64,000 nt of DNA from Emiliania huxleyi CCMP1516 (Eukaryota), in assembly GCF_000372725.1 (NCBI RefSeq), contig NW_005202176.1:42240-106239 (forward strand), given 5' to 3'. The translations under genes were made by a program, and so were the position numbers. Within the stretch, counting starts at the first letter, position 1. Every line of letters begins with the position of its first letter. Positions 23,701-35,583 of this stretch are shown here, one piece after another. The notes under the pieces are model-generated. The model saw nothing but the letters and a program-made list of their open reading frames with translations, had not been told where the DNA came from and did not search any database.

Positions 23701-25579
23701 GGCATGCCGGTGTGGATGGGCCGGCTGCTCGACACGCTCTCCAGCAGCTCCGCGACGTACACGACCCGGCTGCTCGTCGCGAGGCTCGTCTACGACCTCC
23801 GCAACTTGCCGCTCGAGCCGCTCGAGCCGGCAGGGGGGGAGGCCGCCTCGCCGGCCCCGGGCACGAAGAGGCTCTTTGCCGACCACGCCCGCCGGTGGTA
23901 CAAGCCGCTCGCGCGGCTGGTGCTCGAGAGCCTCCACGCCAACGGCTGCTTCCACTACCTCGCGCACGACCTGCTCCAGCTGATGGGCAGCTGGCCCGCC
24001 GAGGCGGTGGACGAGGCGGACGGCGAGCTGCACGCGCTGCTGGGCCACGTGCTGGAGAAAGGGATGCTGCTCTGCAACGACAAGCGAGGGCCCGTCCTGG
24101 CCGAGAACGTGCGCACGCTCAAGCTGCTGCTCGGCCGCTGGGCCCCGCGGCTCGGCGCCAAGCTGCCGCTGCGCCGCCTCCTCATCCTCAAGCAGCTCAA
24201 GGCGCGCAGCAAGGGGGACGAGGCCAGGGAGGTGCAGTGGCGCAAGGCGGCGCTCCACCTCCTCAACGCGCTGCTCGCCAACCACCTCCCTCTCGCAGAC
24301 GACGAGGCCGCCACGACCATCCCCGGCGGCCACTGGACGCGCCTCATGCCGCCCGGCAGCCCCGCGCTCGCCAACGCCCCGCCCGCGGCCAGCGACGCGT
24401 ACACGCCCGTGGGGCCGACCGAGCTGCTCGACGCGCTGCTGAGCTGCGTCAAGCACGCGCGCAAGGCGGTGTACGACCCGGCCGCCACCGTGCTCGGCCA
24501 GGCGCTCGCGAGCCTGGGCGGCTCTGCGGCGGCGGACAAGCTGCCCGCCTGCGAGGAGAACGTCTTCAAGTACCTGTCGGAGCTGAGCATGTCCGACTAC
24601 ACGCAGGCGGGCACCAGCCGGCTGCTCGTGCTGCTCGACCACCTCTCGGAGGGGTACCCGCGCCTGCTCGAGCTGCGCGGCCGCCTGCTGGCCGTGTGGG
24701 CTCGCAGCAAGCTCCTCGAGGTCCACGGCGATGGGCGCGCAAACGTGCTGCGCTGCATGACGCACGCCGCCGCGCGCGAGCGCAGCGGCGCCGGCCAGGA
24801 GGAGCCCGCGCCGCTGCGAGGCGGCCCCGAGGGCGTGCCGCCGGTGACGACGAGCGTGACGAAGGAGGTGTGGGAGGGGCTGCTCTCGCAGCAGCAGCCC
24901 GAGGTGCAGCACGCCTCGCTCCGCCTCCTCCTCGAGCTCGCGCAGCACCGCCCCCTCGACAAGCTCTGGCCGCTGCTGCCCGCCCTCGACGCCGCTCTCG
25001 CGCGCCACCGAGCGGTGGACTGCCGCGCCCTCTACCACGAGCTGCTCATCCGGCTGCGCGAACGCGCAGCGGAGCCCGGCGCCGCGGTTCCCGACGCGGC
25101 GAGTGAGACCCTGCTCCGCTCGGGGCTGCTCGTCGGGCTGTGCGACCCCGACGAGACGAGGAGAGAGGCGATGCTCGGCTACTGGCACGGCCAGCTGCCG
25201 CGGAGCATGGCCGCCCGGCTCGTCGCGTGCTTTGAGACCCTCTACGCGCCGGCGGTGGAGGCGCAGTGGCTGCACATCTCGACGCTGCTCCTCCTGCAGC
25301 TGGTGCACGGGGCGCCCAACCGGCACAAGACCATCTTCGTCAAGACGCTCCTCGACACGAGCAGCTTCCAGCCCGTCGGCAACCTGGCGCCCACCCGAGG
25401 GAGCGCCTCGCTCGCCATGCTGCCCTGGGGCCACGAGTTCTTCTCGCAGAGCCAGCCCGCCTCGCAGGACGCGGGCGAGGGCGGCCCGCTCCGCGCGACC
25501 CAGTCCCAGCTCTACTCGCAGACGCAGACGCAGGACCAGCTCGGCGGCGTCCCCGCCACCTACAGCTCGCAGGCGGCCG

Positions 25580-25621
<42 letters not shown>

Positions 25622-28600
25622 TGCAGCGGCGGCGTGCGGCTCTGCCGCCGGTGCCCGCCTTCGGTATGGGCAGCAGCCAAGCCGCGATGTCTGCTGGCGC
25701 GGGCAGCTCGCAGGAGCCGGACGGCGAGCGGCCGGTGCGCGACCGGCGCAGACGCAACCTCGTGGCGGCCAACGCCAGGCGCAGCAACGCACAGAGCGGC
25801 GCTGCGCGGCAGCGGAAGGTGCAGCTGATGCGCACGTACCGGGCGGGCGAGGTGCCAGACATTGCGCTGTGCGCGCTCGACTTCGTCGCGCCGCTGCAGT
25901 CGCTCGCGCGGCACGACCCGGTGGTCGCCAAGAACGCGCTCGTTCACCTCTACCGCGCCGTCCGACAGCAGCGCCTCGAAGGCGCGGGGGCGGACCAGCT
26001 GGTGCGGCCGCGCCTGCGGGCGTGGGCGGCGGTACCACACGCCGTCTCGACGTCTACGCTTCCTCCGCTGTAGGCGAGGCTCCACGCCGGCGTGGCTGCT
26101 CTGCTCACGTCGCGCGCGGGAGGCACCGCCTTCGTCGGCTGCCTGCACGAGCTCGCTCTGACCGAGGAGGGGGCGGGTGGGGCTGTGCCCGCTGATGTGA
26201 GGCACCCGCTGAGCCCGCTCGCTCCCCCCGCGTAGGACGACACGTCGGGCTGGCTCCGCCCGGAGGACGTGAGCGAGTCGGCGGAGCGCACCGGCACGCT
26301 GCACTCGGCGGCGCGGCTCATCGAGCGCCACATCGTCGCGGCGGCGCCCGCAGCTCGCCCTCAGAAGCGAGCCCGCGACCTCGCCTCGGCTGCGGCTTCG
26401 GGCGGCGAGCGCGAGGTGCGCGTCCTGCTGATGGAGATCTACCGCCAGCTCGCCGACGAGGATGTTGTGCGCGGCGCGGCGGCCGCGAGCACTCCCGCCC
26501 TTGCCGAGGGAGGCGCCTCTCCAGCTGTCGCCCTCCCGCTGTAGGCTTGGCGGCGGAGGTTGCCGGCGTGACCGAGTTGCGCGACGCGCTCTCCGCCGAG
26601 GCGCGCGGCGACTCCCTCGAGGCGCTGCGGCTGTTCCAGAGGGCGAGCGGCAGCCTGGGCGAGTCCGGCTCCGCGTCGGCGTCGGAAGAGCTGGAGCTCG
26701 CCCAGCGAGGGCGGCGCGCGTGCCTGCTCCGACTCGGGCGGTGGGGCGAGCTGCGCGCGGCGACGGAGGCGCTGGTGCAGCCGGGCGGTGACGGGCTCGG
26801 GACATGGCGCGAGAGCGCGCACGAGCCGTGGGTGAGGATGCTGCTGGTGAGCCGGGCAAAGGAGGGCGCCGCGGGGCAGGGCTGGAGGAGCTGGGTCGAG
26901 GAGCGGGCGGAGGGGGCGGCGGGCGGGGCCGGCGAGGCGTGTGCTCCTCACCCCGTCCGCGACAGCAGCTTGTTGCTCGATGCCGGCCTCGGCGCTCTCC
27001 TCGTCCTCGATCGGCTCGCCGCCGGCAGCGAGGACGGCGCTCGGTCGCTCCTGCCCGGCTGCGTCCAGGCCTTTGTCAGCCGCTGGGCCGCGCTGCACCC
27101 GCGCGCGACGATGGTTCGACTCAAGGAGCTGGAGCAGCTGCAGCTGCTCGCCGAGGTGTGGACAGCGCTGCTTCACACCTCTTGCTGTGAACAGGAGCTG
27201 GAACAGCTGCAGCTGCTCGCCGAGGCCAACGAGCTGCTCGACGTGCTGAAGCGACCGCTGCTCGCAGCGGCGGGTACCGGCCGCTGGGTCGCGACTGACG
27301 CCGTCGCCGCGCTCGCGCGCACGTGGTCGGGCCGCTACCCGAGCAGCTCCCAGCACGGCGCCGCGGTTTGGGACGACGTGGTGAGCAGCCGCGCGCTGCT
27401 CTTCTCCGTGCTGGAGCGCCGCCTCAACGAGGCGCTCGACGCCGTCGACTTCGACGACGAGGACGAGCGCGCGGCCATCCGTCAAGGCTCGCTCGGCGCC
27501 GCCAAGAGGTGCATCGCCGAGTCGCACGAGCGCGCCGCGCGCGCGCTCCGCATGCAAGGAGACTTCGAGCCCGCGAAGGGCCACCTGCTCGCGAGCATGG
27601 CCCTCCGCAAGGCGGACCCGAAGTGCTTCGGGCCGGTGAGCGTGCAGTTCCAGGCCGGCCTCCTCCAGCACACGGTCGCTAAGGCTCGCGCCAGCCGCAA
27701 CTCGGGCGAGCTGCTGCAGATCTGGCAACAGGTGCGCCGGCCGGATGGGCCCCGCAACGCCAGTCTGGCCCTCCCCACCCCTGAAGCGCTCTCTTCGACT
27801 GCAGGGGGCGAAGCTACACGACATGTACGCATCCAACCCGCCGGAGGAGCGGTGCGAGCTGGCCGAGCTTCAGGCAGAGGTTGTGCAACTGATGCTCGAC
27901 GGCGGCGATGCCGACGAGGGCGAGCGCCTGCTAACAGAGGTCATCGAGAGGCTGCGCTCGCTCCTCGACTCGCCCCTCGCCTCGCCCGCCGCCCTTGCGC
28001 CCGCGCGGCTCAAGCTCGTCGACCTCTGCTCCGCCTCCCTCAAGCGCGGGCACGAGACACGCGGCGTCGACCTCGCCCGCGTCGCTGTCGCCGAGGTTGT
28101 GCGTGCGATGGCCGGCGGCTCGCTCGCGGCACGCGACCGCTTCCTCACGGTGGTAGGCCCTAACCTGACCCCAAGTCTGACCTAACCCTAACCCTAGGCG
28201 CGGGACCGCCTGCTCACGGTGCTCGCGCTGCTGCGCGGCCGCGCGGAGACGTGGGAGGAGACGGGCGCCCAGCTGCTGACTCCGCCCGCCTGGATGATGC
28301 TCAAGTGGACATGCCAGCTCCTCGCGCTGCTCAACGAGCCGCACGGCGAGTGCGTCGCGCCCCTCCTCGAGCGGCTGGCGGCTGCCTACCCGGCTGCCGT
28401 CTACCACCCCTTCCAGCTCAGCAAGGAGTCGGTCTCGCGCAAGCCACGCCTCGCGCCGCGCGTCGCCGCCACGGTGCGAGCCATGAGCGCCGTGCTGCAC
28501 AGCCCGCGGCTCGAGGCCCTGGCGGCCGCGTTCGAGGACCTCACGCACCCCGAGCTGAGGTACAAGGACCTGCTCGAGACGCTGACCGACCTGCTCAAGG

Positions 28601-30722
28601 AAGGGCGGGTCGAGGAGGCGCGCGCCAGCTACGTCGAGCTCACCCGCTGGCTCCGCGACCCGAAGCGCGGCGGCTTCCTCGCTGACTTTGCCAAGGCCAA
28701 GGTGGGCAGCCAAGGCGAGCGCACCCTCCAGAAGCTCGACGGTCTGTGCGGCGTCGACGGGCAGCACCTCGGTCGCTTCGTGGGGAGCGGGGGCGGACCG
28801 CCGACCCTGCAGAGGGAGCTCAATCGGGTCGGCATGGGCTGGAGGAAGCTCGAGGAGGTGTCGCAGGTGTGGGTCAAGGGCAACAAGCAGAGATCCACCC
28901 GGCTCGAGTCGTACTCGCCCCTGCTCGCAAAGTACCACCGCGCCGACGAGGCGGGCGGCGACCCGCTCGAGGCGCTCGAGCTGCCGGGGCAGTACGATGG
29001 GGACGCGCCGCCACTGGTCGACCAGCACGCGGCGGCAGACAGCTTTGACGCCGAGCTGCTCGTGATGGCGTCGCTCCGCAAGCCCAAGCGGCTGACCGTC
29101 TACTGCTCGGACCAGCGCGAGCGGCGCTACCTGATCAAGGGCGGCGAGGACCTGCGGCAAGACCAGCGCATCCAGCAGATCTTTGCGGTGGTCAACACGG
29201 TGCTCGCAGCCGACGGACAGTGCGCGACGCGCGGCCTGGCGATGCGGACGTACAGCGTGCTGCCGCTCAACGAGCGGGTCGGCTTCATCGAGTGGATGGA
29301 CGGCACGCAGCCGCTCGGCAAGCTGATCGAGAAGGTTGCAAGGGTGAAGCACCGGGGTGGGCAAGATCCGATCAGTATGGCGGCGACCAAGTTCGCCGCC
29401 GCCTACCCCTTGGCCAGCAAAGGCCAGCTGCCGAGGTGGGCCAGCTGCAGCCGGAGAGACGCGGAGCAGCACCTCGCTGATGCGCACGCTCTGTTGCCGG
29501 CCGACCTCCTCTCGCGCGGCATCGAGTCGCTCTCCGTCGGTGCGCGCTCCCACACGAGATGCCGCAACCTAAACCTCCCGCACGTCGACATCCACGCTCG
29601 GCTCGCCTCACCCCCTCTCCCCCCCCCCCCCCCCCCACACACCACCACCCCCCTCCTCCTCCCTCCTCCTCCCTCCTCTGCAGGAGCCGAGTCGTTCCTC
29701 GCGACCCGCTCCTGCTTTGCGCGCTCCCTCGCCGTGGTGACCGTCGTCGGGCACCTCCTCGGCATCGGAGACCGCCACCTCGAGGTGCGGCTGTACCTTC
29801 TGCTTCTAGTGGTGGGTCACCCTAGTCCTTACCTGTACCTGTCACATGTGAACTAGAACTTCATGGTGGAGGAGGCGAGCGGCCGCGTCGTCGGCATCGA
29901 CTTTGGCCACGCGTTTGGCTCGGCGACCCACCAGCTGCCACAGCCGGAGCTGATGGGCGTGCGGCTCACTCGCCAGCTCACCTCCTTCCTCCGGCCGCTC
30001 GACTCGGGCGTGCTGCTCAAGGGGCACATGGTGCTCGTGCTGCGCACGCTGCGAGCCCAGCGCGACGAGCTCCTGCGCGTGATGGACGTGTTTGTCTCCG
30101 AGCCGAACGTCGATTGGGCGAAGCAGGCGCGCACACTCGCTCGTCGCCTCGCTCGTCGCCTCGCCGCCACGCCACCCCACCCGGCCCCTCCCTCCTATCC
30201 CTCCTACGCCCGCTCTCGCCTCGCCCAGCGCCCCACCCAACGCCGTTTTCGGCAGGCGCGCAAGCTGGGCGAGGCGCAGCTGGCGAGCGTGCTCGAGCCG
30301 TCCGAAGGTGAGAGCCAGGCGTCGACGGTGGTGGCGAGCGAGGGCGGCGGCGCCGCCGACGGCGACAGGGACGCGGCGTGGGCGCGCAACCGGCTGGCCT
30401 CAGTGGTGTCCAAGCTGAGCGGAGGTAACGCCGCCCACATCACCGAGGCTGAGCTGCGGCTGAACCCGGTGGCCGCCAAGCCCGCCACCTTCGACCGGCT
30501 GGTCGAGATTGTACGCGGACCGGCAGACAGCTTGCGCCGCCAACTGCCCGCCACCGCTCTGACCCCGGAGCAGCAGGCGCGCTGCGGGCCTCGCTACCGC
30601 CCCCCGCCACGCACACGCTGACCTGGCTAGCCCCCTCGCCATAGGTTGACGTGCTGCTCGAGCTTGCCACCGATCCGAACGTGCTGGGCCGCACGTACCA
30701 CGGGTGGAAGCCGTGGCTGTGA
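15887..30722 (+). CDS. PRKDC: DNA-dependent protein kinase catalytic subunit (PIKK family), multi-exon
   Basis: HEAT-like N-terminus; LDTILPRVLELA...KVAACELL; YRAGEVPDI; kinase motifs KGGEDLRQDQRIQQIF, GIGDRHL, GIDFGHAFGSAT..LP.PELM..RLTRQ; FATC end ATDPNVLGRTYHGWKPWL*; more than 15 short introns. Confidence 0.95.
17031..17102 (+). other. Intron (72 nt, GT-AG) carrying the CTTCAC..TGTGAACAG module
   Basis: Removal restores the frame (NQ|YLRPLADG); its 5' part resembles the downstream exon start. Confidence 0.75.
17801..17936 (+). other. Intron made of two identical 68-nt units (exon-start copy + module), GC-AG
   Basis: gccgagcgttcgagctcccaacttccgag+gtgtgaacagcgcttcttcacatcacttgctgtgaatag twice; exon resumes gccgagcgttcgagctgcccaacttcctcgag (RAFELPNFLEAF). 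Confidence 0.85.
27126..27194 (+). other. Intron or insertion: 30-nt exon duplication + 39-nt module (GA donor if the whole 69 nt is spliced)
   Basis: gagctggagcagctgcagctgctcgccgag is repeated with one mismatch on each side of gtgtggacagcgctgcttcacacctcttgctgtgaacag. Confidence 0.8.
28129..28197 (+). other. Intron (69 nt, GC-AG): 24-nt exon-start copy + telomere-like CCCTAA tract
   Basis: gcacgcgaccgcttcctcacggtg vs exon gcgcgggaccgcctgctcacggtg; ends cctaaccctaaccctag; contains an in-frame stop, so must be spliced. Confidence 0.85.
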
Positions 30723-31704
30723 GATGCACTTCCGCCTTGCAAGATAAACATCTCTACTCTCTGCATTTTTCGTCATGTGTTGATGTGTATACGCAAGTCT
30801 GTAACGTACGGGCAGTCTCTCGGTGTACGGCTTTACCTACCTTACCTCCTGTCACATATTACCGTATGAACTATATCACAACTACTGGGCTGGGTTTTTT
30901 TAGGCATTGTGGGGTTGGCACTCCCATCGACCCTCATGACCTCCTGCGGTCTCTGAGATGGACACCAGTAGGTGTGGGACCATAGCCAGGGTACACTCGA
31001 AGGCTGGGTAAGCAGTAGAGGTCGATACTCGACGCGTCCCACATGGTCTGTGTCGCTGTCGGCACGCTGTCGACAGGACGTCGAGCGACACCGGTGGCAG
31101 TGCCACCCAGGAGTGGTCGGGCGGTCTCCCGTCATGAGAGAGCCACCATGTGATCCGTATGATGATTCCTGACAACCGCCTCAGTCAACTTTCGTCACAG
31201 TTCCCGCTCTGAGAGGAGCTGCGGGTCAGTTCGACAGCTGGAGCTGTGTCGCCGGCGTGCAGCGGCCTGCCTCCGGAGGTGCCTCTGAGGTGGACATTTT
31301 TTGGTCACCGTGAGAGAACGCGTTCGAATTTTCACTCCGGAACTTCAACTTCGCACGCGCACCGGCCAGGGCTACAATAGTGCCAGTGAGGCGAAGGCGC
31401 GAGTCGGAAGGCCGCGACCGTCAAGTGTTCCCCCAATTTTCCTACAATCGCTGTGAACCCAGCCTGAGCCACGTAACTCCACGACCTCTCTCCACACACG
31501 ACCCTCTCGCCGAAAAAAAAAGATACGCCGCGTTGTACATACATACACACAGAGAGAGACGGGGCAAACCATGGGGCAAAAACCAAGAGGAAGATCGAAA
31601 ATGGGGGACCCACCCCGGTCCACCTGCGACTCAGACCCCAGACAGAGAGCCGAACCTGCGAGCTGCGTGTGTCGCCCGCTGCTCCCCGCTCTACACCAAC
31701 AAGC

Positions 31705-34700
31705 CTACCCGCCGTAGCAGTACGTTTTGAGGCCCATTGCGCAGAGATTTGCATTCATCACGGCAACGTTGTTTCGGTTCGACAGGACGTTTGCACCAGG
31801 AGGCGGAGGTGGAGGCGGTACCCCCGGCGGGATTGGAGGCGGCGGAGGTGTTGGCTCGCCTGGAGGCGGAGGTGTTGGCGCGCCTCCAAGCGGGGACGGT
31901 GGTGGGAGTGTGGTAGCTGCCGGCGGGGTGGCGGCTGGCGGCGGGGCGGCAGCTGCCCCTGTCCTGCTCCATGGGAGCCAGCTCCATGAGCCGCTCGGTG
32001 CGGTCGTTGGCGGTGCCAGTGCCGGCGGCAGTGTAGGTGGCAGTGGCGTGGGTGGCGCCACCGGAGGTGCCGGTGGGAGTGGCGGTGGCAGTGGAGCCGA
32101 TGGCGACGGCGGCTGTGCGGCCGCCGTGGCTCGGGTCCGCACTGCCACCTCGTAGGTTGGCAACGCGGCGTTCACTGCTGCCTCGGCGGTCATGAAGGCT
32201 GCCTCGGCGGCGAGCGCCTGTTCACAGCTAAGGTGTGAAGAGATGCTGTGTGCAGCCTTGACGCCGGCCTGCGGCGGGGCGAGCACCGCCACACCCGCCG
32301 CCCTCTCGCGCCCCAAGGCCTTCGCCACCTCAATCTCGAGGGCGACGGAAGGCGGGGAGGAGGCCGCGGCCTTGGCCTCCGCCGCCAGAAGCGCCTTCTC
32401 CGCCGCCGCCTCCTCCGCCGTGGCGAGCGCTGTGGCGACCATCGCTACGGCGAGCACGGCGCGCTTCGCGTCGAACGCCGCAATTGGGTCTGCAATGCTC
32501 CCAAGAGGGACTGCCGGCGCCGGGGCGGGAGGCAGCTTCGGGAGCGGCTGCGACGCGGCTGCGGCCGCCGCCACAACCGCCTCGGCCTTGCCCGCCAGCT
32601 GCGCCTCGACGGCCATCACCTCCTGTTCCGCCGCTGTCAGCGCCCCAGCCGCGAGCTGCAGGCGCGACGCCCAGTTCGGGAGCCACGCCGGCAGCAAGTC
32701 CGCCTTGTACAGCGCGATCTCGGCCTCCCTCACCCGCCGGTGGGCCCCCATCAGCTTCGCCGGCAAGGCCAGAAGCTGCGCCGTCGCCAGCTGTCGCACC
32801 CGCTCAAGCTCTAGCGAGGCGGGACCAGCAGCGCCAGGCCCGCCGGCGGCACCGCCGTATGCATAGCCGGACGCTGCCTGCGGGGCGGTAGCTGCCGGCG
32901 GAGTGGCGGCTGGCGGCGGGGTGGCGGCTGGCGGCGGGGTGGCAGCTGCCCCTGTCCTGCTCCATGGGAGCCAGCTGCTCCATGAGCCGCTCGGTGCGGT
33001 CGTTGGCGGCGGGGGTTGGAAGGGCTGGCGGCGAGGAGGGCGCGCTGGCGGCGAGGGTGGAGAAAGAGCCCCCAGCGGAGCGGGCGGCGCGGGCGGGGGC
33101 TGCGGCGGCTCGGGAGGCGGCGGCGAGGGGCTGGGCGAAGGAATGGTGTACGGCGGAGGGGGCGACACCGGCGGAGGCGGCGGGGGCGGGGCAGAGGGCA
33201 GCGGCGGGCTCTGCGGCGGCGGGGAACTTGATGGCGGTTGGGAGGGCGGACGGAGTGGATGCGGGGAGGGTGGGTGCGCGGGCGGCGGCGGCGGAGGCGG
33301 CGGCGGCGGCGGCGGCAACGGCTCCCATCCCCAGAAGGATGGCGGCGAGGGTGGGGGCGGCGGCGGCGGGGGGGCGGATGGAGGGTGCGGTGGCAGGCCA
33401 GGAGGCGGCGGGGGTGGCGGGGCGGGAGGAGGGTGCGGCGGCGGCACGTCGGGAGGCTGCGGCGATGATGGCGGCACGGGCGGCGATGATGGCGGCACGG
33501 GCGGCGATGATGGCGGCAGGGGCGACGAGGGGGGGAGGTATGGCGGAGGTGGGGCCTCGGCGACAGATGGGGCGAAGAAGGAAGTCAACGCAGTTGCCAA
33601 ACTGTTCAGCCAGAAGGATGGCGGCGAGGGTGGGGGCGGCGGCGGCGGCGGCGGCAACGGCTCCCATCCCCCGAAGGATGGCGGCGAGGGTGGGGGCGGC
33701 GGCGGCGGGGGGGCGGATGGAGGGTGCGGTGGCAGGCCAGGAGGCTGCGGCGGGGGTGGCGGGGCGGGAGGAGGGCGCGGTGGCGGCACGTCGGGAGGCT
33801 GCGGCGATGATGGCGGCACGGGCGAGAGGGGCGGGCGGGGCGGGGCGGGAGGATCGAAGGGTGGCTGCTGCGGGGCGGGAGGAGGGTGCGGCGGCGGCAC
33901 GTCGGGAGGCTGCGCCTGCGGCGATGATGGCGGCAGTGGCGACGAGGGGGGGAGGTATGGCGGAGGTGGGGCCTCGGCGACAGATGGGGCGAAGAAGGAA
34001 GTCCACGCGGAGTCGACGGTGGGGCGAAGAAGGAAGTCCAAGAAGGTTTGCGGAGGGGACGGTGGCGGCGGCGGCGACTGAGGAGGCGACGATGGCGGCG
34101 GCGGCGACTGCGGAGGCGACGGCGGCGGCGGCGATTGCGGAGGGGACGTTGGCGGCGGCGACTGCGGAGGGGACGTTGGCGGCGGCGATTGCGGAGGCGA
34201 CGGTGGCGGCGGCAACGTATGCGGAGGCGACGGTGGCGGCGGCGTTTGCGGAGAGGGCGGTTGTGACGGCGGTGCTGAAGGTGGTGCTGGCGAGGACAGA
34301 CTGGCACTGGCCTGCAGCGTTTGAGGCGGCATTTGGCGGGCCCAGCATCCAAACGAGTCGATGCGCAGAGTGGCGTCTGGCAGAGCGTCGTAGAGAACGC
34401 AGCGGATTTTCGCGCGTTCTCGGAGGGCGGTAGTCTGGATACCCAGGCAAAGAGAATTGTTCGTGCATTTGGCCTTGCACCGATCCACGCCGCTCAGGCC
34501 CCAAAACTCATCAATGACATACTCATAGCCAGACGAGACCTGGCCCGACGATCCCTTCTTGAACTTGCACGCGCCGACCGAGCTGGTGAGACGGCCCGGG
34601 GAGACAAACGACCCGGTGACGCCCGGGGAGAGAAGCGACCCTGTGACGCCCGCGCGACCACCAGCGCCCTTCGCAGCCTGAGCGGGAGGAGAGGGAGGAG

Positions 34701-34734
34701 AGCCCAGCAGAGCGCCCAGCAGAACGATCGACAT
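31705..34734 (-). CDS. Large Pro-rich, putatively secreted protein with an N-terminal PAN/Apple-like Cys domain and internal duplications; probable intron 32218-32286
   Basis: Signal-like MSIVLLGALLG; CKAKCTNNSLCLGIQ...CVLY..CW; SPPP/PPPSP tracts; duplicated blocks (TSFFAPSVAEAPPPPYLPP x2, GSWS.WLPWSRTGAAA x2). Confidence 0.65.
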   Translation of the reverse strand: MSIVLLGALLGSPPSPPAQAAKGAGGRAGVTGSLLSPGVTGSFVSPGRLTSSVGACKFKKGSSGQVSSGYEYVIDEFWGLSGVDRCKAKCTNNSLCLGIQTTALRERAKIRCVLYDALPDATLRIDSFGCWARQMPPQTLQASASLSSPAPPSAPPSQPPSPQTPPPPSPPHTLPPPPSPPQSPPPTSPPQSPPPTSPPQSPPPPSPPQSPPPPSSPPQSPPPPPSPPQTFLDFLLRPTVDSAWTSFFAPSVAEAPPPPYLPPSSPLPPSSPQAQPPDVPPPHPPPAPQQPPFDPPAPPRPPLSPVPPSSPQPPDVPPPRPPPAPPPPPQPPGLPPHPPSAPPPPPPPPSPPSFGGWEPLPPPPPPPPPSPPSFWLNSLATALTSFFAPSVAEAPPPPYLPPSSPLPPSSPPVPPSSPPVPPSSPQPPDVPPPHPPPAPPPPPPPGLPPHPPSAPPPPPPPPSPPSFWGWEPLPPPPPPPPPPPPAHPPSPHPLRPPSQPPSSSPPPQSPPLPSAPPPPPPPVSPPPPYTIPSPSPSPPPPEPPQPPPAPPAPLGALSPPSPPARPPRRQPFQPPPPTTAPSGSWSSWLPWSRTGAAATPPPAATPPPAATPPAATAPQAASGYAYGGAAGGPGAAGPASLELERVRQLATAQLLALPAKLMGAHRRVREAEIALYKADLLPAWLPNWASRLQLAAGALTAAEQEVMAVEAQLAGKAEAVVAAAAAASQPLPKLPPAPAPAVPLGSIADPIAAFDAKRAVLAVAMVATALATAEEAAAEKALLAAEAKAAASSPPSVALEIEVAKALGRERAAGVAVLAPPQAGVKAAHSISSHLSCEQALAAEAAFMTAEAAVNAALPTYEVAVRTRATAAAQPPSPSAPLPPPLPPAPPVAPPTPLPPTLPPALAPPTTAPSGSWSWLPWSRTGAAAAPPPAATPPAATTLPPPSPLGGAPTPPPPGEPTPPPPPIPPGVPPPPPPPGANVLSNRNNVAVMNANLCAMGLKTYCYGG

Positions 34735-35583
34735 GTATCTTAGTACCTGTGTCTTTGGAAGATTCCGCGCACAGCTTTTTTTCTTCTCGTACCCCCCCCC
34801 CCCCCCATCTTTCGGTTCCACTTCCTGCATACATTTTTCCATCGGAACACGGGCACCATCGGAACTATCGGAACACGGATCAGATTTCTGGGTTTCAGAA
34901 AAATGGTGGGGAACCGACATCATGGCCCCGAATGCCGTGCTTAGGTAATCTCAGCCGCAGCCCCAGCTAGAGGGTCGACAGCGTCCTAATCTAAAATCTG
35001 AGGATTCAGGATTGAGGGCTTGCTTCAGTGAGGCCAAAGTGAGTTTATGGATGTGTGAGAACGGTGCGGGACACGAGGAGTCACGCGGACCGACTCGTCG
35101 GTGACTCTGCTGCACGCCGTTTCAGAATTTTTCTCAGCGTGAGCGAGACGTGGAAGAATGCGACCGTCTCGGGTAGGAGCGTAGGAAGAGAGCCCGGAGT
35201 ATCAGAGTAGCCGTCGTGGTCGTGGCGAGCAGCGCCGGCCACTCCGGCGCCGCGTCGGCAACATGGGAGCATGTCCACCGCCACTTCGCGGTCGCAGCGC
35301 TGTTGTTTGTCGCCCAAAACGCCGCATGTACCTCTGGCGGGCCAAAGATCGACTCACATGTCGATTTCGACGCGACGGCGGCATGGAGGCATCACGTCTC
35401 CATGCCGCCGTTAAGTTGGAGCCTGTCTCCTGGCGATCACAGCGCTCGCAGGAGGTACATGCGAGCTTTTCAGAGTCACTAGAGCAATTGGCCGGCGCCC
35501 CTTGGGCGCCGGACCCGCCCCGGGGGCGTGGCGTGTCTAGTGATGTGGCACGTCTAGAATAGATCAAGAGATCAGTAGTCAAA

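Noticed and set aside
21082..26859. Very long antisense and alternative-frame ORFs (673, 542, 1243 and 707 aa) over DNA-PKcs
   Set aside because: Shadow ORFs expected from high GC3 codon bias; no motifs. The same applies to the shadows over alkB, the ankyrin gene and the other genes
30790..31330. Lower-GC tract after DNA-PKcs as a possible ncRNA or element remnant
   Set aside because: No second copy, termini or convincing structure visible in the window
34735..34923. N-terminal 63 codons of the 1072-aa ORF
   Set aside because: Composition resembles UTR/promoter; the Met at 34734 precedes a signal-like peptide and is the more plausible start
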